Below are positions 61,423 through 64,000 of a stretch of DNA of 64,000 nt, in pieces. Positions within the stretch are counted from its first letter, which is position 1; every line of letters begins with the position of its first letter. Origin of the DNA: a virus; IMG/VR virus record IMGVR_UViG_3300034061_002899; one strand, 5' to 3'. Made by a program: the position numbers and the translations under genes. The notes under the pieces are model-generated. The model was not told the DNA's origin and searched no databases. It was given only the letters and a program-made list of their open reading frames with translations.

Positions 61423-64000
61423 ATGACAACAATAAAAATAACGCAACTACCAAGTATAGGCAACGGGCTTTCTGCATCAACAATATTACCAGTAGTTAAT
61501 ACTAGTGGTACTGCTGTAACAGAAAAAGTTACAGTGGGTGCTGTAGCAAACTATGTATTAACACAAGCTGGTAATACACTATCTCCAGCATTTCTTTCTA
61601 CTATAGCATACTCAGTATCAAATGCCTCACAACCTAACATTACTAGTGTTGGTACACTGAGTGTTGATACATTGAAAATTACAGGTGGAATAGTAGGCTA
61701 CTATTTACAAACAGACGGATCGGGTAACCTAGCATGGGCACCTGGCGGCGGTGGTAATGGCGCAGTTGGCGGCATCAATACACAAGTTCAGTTTAACGAT
61801 GAAGGTAACTTTAGTGGTAACACTGGGTTTACATTTAACAAGACGACGGGTGTATTTACATCACCTTTCTTAGCTGGTAATGGCAACGGATTATCAAATA
61901 TACAGGGCGCAAACGTATCAGGTTTTGTACCTAATGCTAATGTTGCTAATACTGCACTTGCAGTAGCAGCCGCAAATGTTTCTGGCTTAGGTAACATCGC
62001 TACTATTAATTTAACTGGTAGTAATAGTAATGTATTGTATGGCAACGGTGTGTTTGCTCCAGCGTCAGGTGGCAATAGTACATATGATAATAGTAATGTG
62101 GCAACATTCTTGGCAGCATTTGGTAGTAATACAATCACAACTACAGGTAATATTAGTGGTGGCAATTTAGTAACCGGTGGACAAGTCGTAGCGAGCGGTA
62201 ATGTATCATCGGGCACTGGACTCAGTACCGGTGGCTTTCTAAGTGTAGATGGCACTGCTGATCTGCATGATACCACAGTAACTGGTTATGCAAATGTAAC
62301 CGGTACTGCTAATACAGTCGGTGGTGGTGCAACAGTTGGAGTACGTAGTATACTAGCAATTGATTCAGCATTTGGTAGTAATTCCTCAGCAGATCCAGCA
62401 AGCGCACAAGCAGTGCGTGGTCGTGTGACAGGTAGCAATCTAACTAAGACACGCAATTATGTTGCCGGCGTAACCGGTCAATACTTAGTTACTGGTACCA
62501 ATGCAAGCGAATTTATTAACACTGGTTTACTTGGTGTCGTAGGAGATCAAACAACTACAGCAAATGCGGCTGTTGTTGCTTATTTGGACGGTGACGGTGG
62601 ATTGACTACGGCTGGTTCAGCATATGGTGTAAGTATGAAGAACTCAACTCCTGGCTCAGGATTTGATTACGGCCTAGATTTACAATTTATTGATTTAAAT
62701 GTGGCTGGAACAACTACTCCATTCAAGCAAGCAGATATTCGTTTTAATAACGGTGTAGAACTTGTTGCTAATACGGCTAACAATATTTCTATCAATGCTG
62801 ATGTTACAGTAGGCAACATCACTGCTACTAATTTAGGCAACATTGCAACAGTCAATTTAACCGGTAGCAATAGTAATGTGTTGTACGGCAATGGAGTGTT
62901 TGCGGCAGTAGCAGGTGGTGGCGGATTACCATTAGCCAATGGCTCATCAAACTTTAATATTGCTACCAGTGGTGGTAATGTTACTATTGATGTAGCAGGA
63001 TTAGAAACTTGGACATTTGATACCAACGGCAACTTGACTATTCCTGGTAGTATCGTTGGTACTGCTACTATAGACATTGACAACCGTGCTTCTGGTAACG
63101 GTGCAGATATTAATCTATATTCAGCCGATGACATTTTGATACAGGCACGTGATCGTGATGCAGGATCTACTGCTGAAGGCGGTGACATTAATATCTTTGC
63201 AGGTGATAGTGCTGAAGATAGTGACGCATCAGGAGGTGACATTGTTATTGAAGCCGGTCGTGGTGGCGCAGCCAATCTTGATTTTGGTGGTGATGGTGGA
63301 TTTGTTCGTGTAGAGGCTGGACAAGGCGGTGCTGCCGTAGGTGCTAATATCTCTGCACGAAGCGGCGGTTCTCTTACACTTAATGCAGGCAATGGTGGTA
63401 CAAACAATGGTAATATTGACCTAGGTAATTCAGGCGGTGATGTAACCATAAATGCCGGTGATAGCACAGGTAACGGTGATCCTGGTGGTAGTATTATTCT
63501 AAGATCAGGTGATGCCGGTGCAAACGCATTAGCAGGACAAATACAACTAATCATACCCGGTGGTGATGTTGGTCCCGGTGGCACTTGGATATTTGACGGT
63601 AATGGCATAATTCAACTACCTAATAGTGGAACTATTAGTAATGAAGGCAACAACATTGATATTGGTAGCACTAGTGCTATCAGCCTTGAAGCATCTAGTG
63701 CAGTAAACATCTATACTGATACAGGTACTAACGCTTGGCAATGGCAATTTCAGGATGACGGTAATCTAAGATTGCCAACTATTGAGTTAGATGTAGGTAA
63801 CACTATCAACGAGCAGACAGTAATTCAAAGTCAGCGCAAGATTATCCCAGGGCTTAGATACAGTGCTGAAATTACTGGTAGTACACCGACTACTGTTTAC
63901 ACTGCTACCAGTGTTGACACAACTTCAATGAAAGTTACAATGCAAATTCAGCACAGTGGCTTAGGATTTGAATTTTTTGATGTGTCTGCTACATCTACAG
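61423..64000 (+). CDS. large tail-fibre/adhesin-like protein, 3'-truncated (not in ORF track)
   Basis: AGGA SD; MTTIKITQLP; frame appears open to window end; Gly/Asn/Thr-rich, QPNITSVGTL and QVQFND motifs. Confidence 0.8.
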   Translation, partial: MTTIKITQLPSIGNGLSASTILPVVNTSGTAVTEKVTVGAVANYVLTQAGNTLSPAFLSTIAYSVSNASQPNITSVGTLSVDTLKITGGIVGYYLQTDGSGNLAWAPGGGGNGAVGGINTQVQFNDEGNFSGNTGFTFNKTTGVFTSPFLAGNGNGLSNIQGANVSGFVPNANVANTALAVAAANVSGLGNIATINLTGSNSNVLYGNGVFAPASGGNSTYDNSNVATFLAAFGSNTITTTGNISGGNLVTGGQVVASGNVSSGTGLSTGGFLSVDGTADLHDTTVTGYANVTGTANTVGGGATVGVRSILAIDSAFGSNSSADPASAQAVRGRVTGSNLTKTRNYVAGVTGQYLVTGTNASEFINTGLLGVVGDQTTTANAAVVAYLDGDGGLTTAGSAYGVSMKNSTPGSGFDYGLDLQFIDLNVAGTTTPFKQADIRFNNGVELVANTANNISINADVTVGNITATNLGNIATVNLTGSNSNVLYGNGVFAAVAGGGGLPLANGSSNFNIATSGGNVTIDVAGLETWTFDTNGNLTIPGSIVGTATIDIDNRASGNGADINLYSADDILIQARDRDAGSTAEGGDINIFAGDSAEDSDASGGDIVIEAGRGGAANLDFGGDGGFVRVEAGQGGAAVGANISARSGGSLTLNAGNGGTNNGNIDLGNSGGDVTINAGDSTGNGDPGGSIILRSGDAGANALAGQIQLIIPGGDVGPGGTWIFDGNGIIQLPNSGTISNEGNNIDIGSTSAISLEASSAVNIYTDTGTNAWQWQFQDDGNLRLPTIELDVGNTINEQTVIQSQRKIIPGLRYSAEITGSTPTTVYTATSVDTTSMKVTMQIQHSGLGFEFFDVSATST
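61987..62904 (+). repeat. 24-codon internal repeat (61987-62058, 62833-62904)
   Basis: LGNIAT(I/V)NLTGSNSNVLYGNGVFA twice with many synonymous changes. Confidence 0.8.

Noticed and set aside
772-61463. Numerous short antisense or alternate-frame ORFs in the track (e.g. 772-996, 3156-3482, 12992-13375, 35756-36181, 53210-53638)
   Set aside because: They lie within better-supported genes and lack SD or motifs
61788-63608. Long minus-strand ORFs 61788-62276 and 62667-63608
   Set aside because: Antisense shadows of the Gly/Asn/Thr-rich + strand tail-fibre frame
1-64000. Stop-codon reassignment (alternative genetic code)
   Set aside because: Known genes are full length and densely packed under the standard code, and TAA, TAG and TGA all terminate genes
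1-64000. Integrase, transposase, reverse transcriptase/DGR, introns or inteins
   Set aside because: No such motifs recognised; ligase, ClpX, ClpP and RNase H are of normal length and uninterrupted

Overview
AT-rich, gene-dense segment of a large lytic dsDNA (T4-like/jumbo-type) bacteriophage genome, probably infecting an aquatic proteobacterium (host is inferred, not shown). It carries: 7-deazaguanine genes (queD, queE) beside a glycosyltransferase and an epimerase; DNA enzymes (UvsE, T4-type RNase H, ATP-dependent ligase, dCMP deaminase, GIY-YIG/HNH nucleases); a proteostasis/translation block (clpX, rpsU, hsp20, clpS, SprT, clpP, and infA further on); Fe-S helpers (FdxA, ErpA/IscA); a curli-type csgF-csgG-curlin-FecR-curlin locus running into a CHASE2 adenylate cyclase and an S11 peptidase; and tail-fibre-like genes at the right end. 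Two promoter classes are visible: a ~45-bp sigma70 promoter repeat (11 copies) that separates single early genes, and a T4-late-like TAAATA motif. Most notable: (i) proteins with T4 capsid-targeting-like leaders, some built as polyproteins joined by (Q/K/S)(G/S)VxE(G/A) linkers that partly look conserved as DNA; (ii) promoter-repeat gene cassettes; (iii) many apparently leaderless mRNAs alongside phage bS21 and IF1; (iv) a curli/FecR/cyclase surface module; (v) a ROSE-like thermometer on hsp20 and a candidate pseudoknot riboswitch before queD. All calls come from reading motifs by eye; no searches were run. No tRNA, rRNA or CRISPR array was found.
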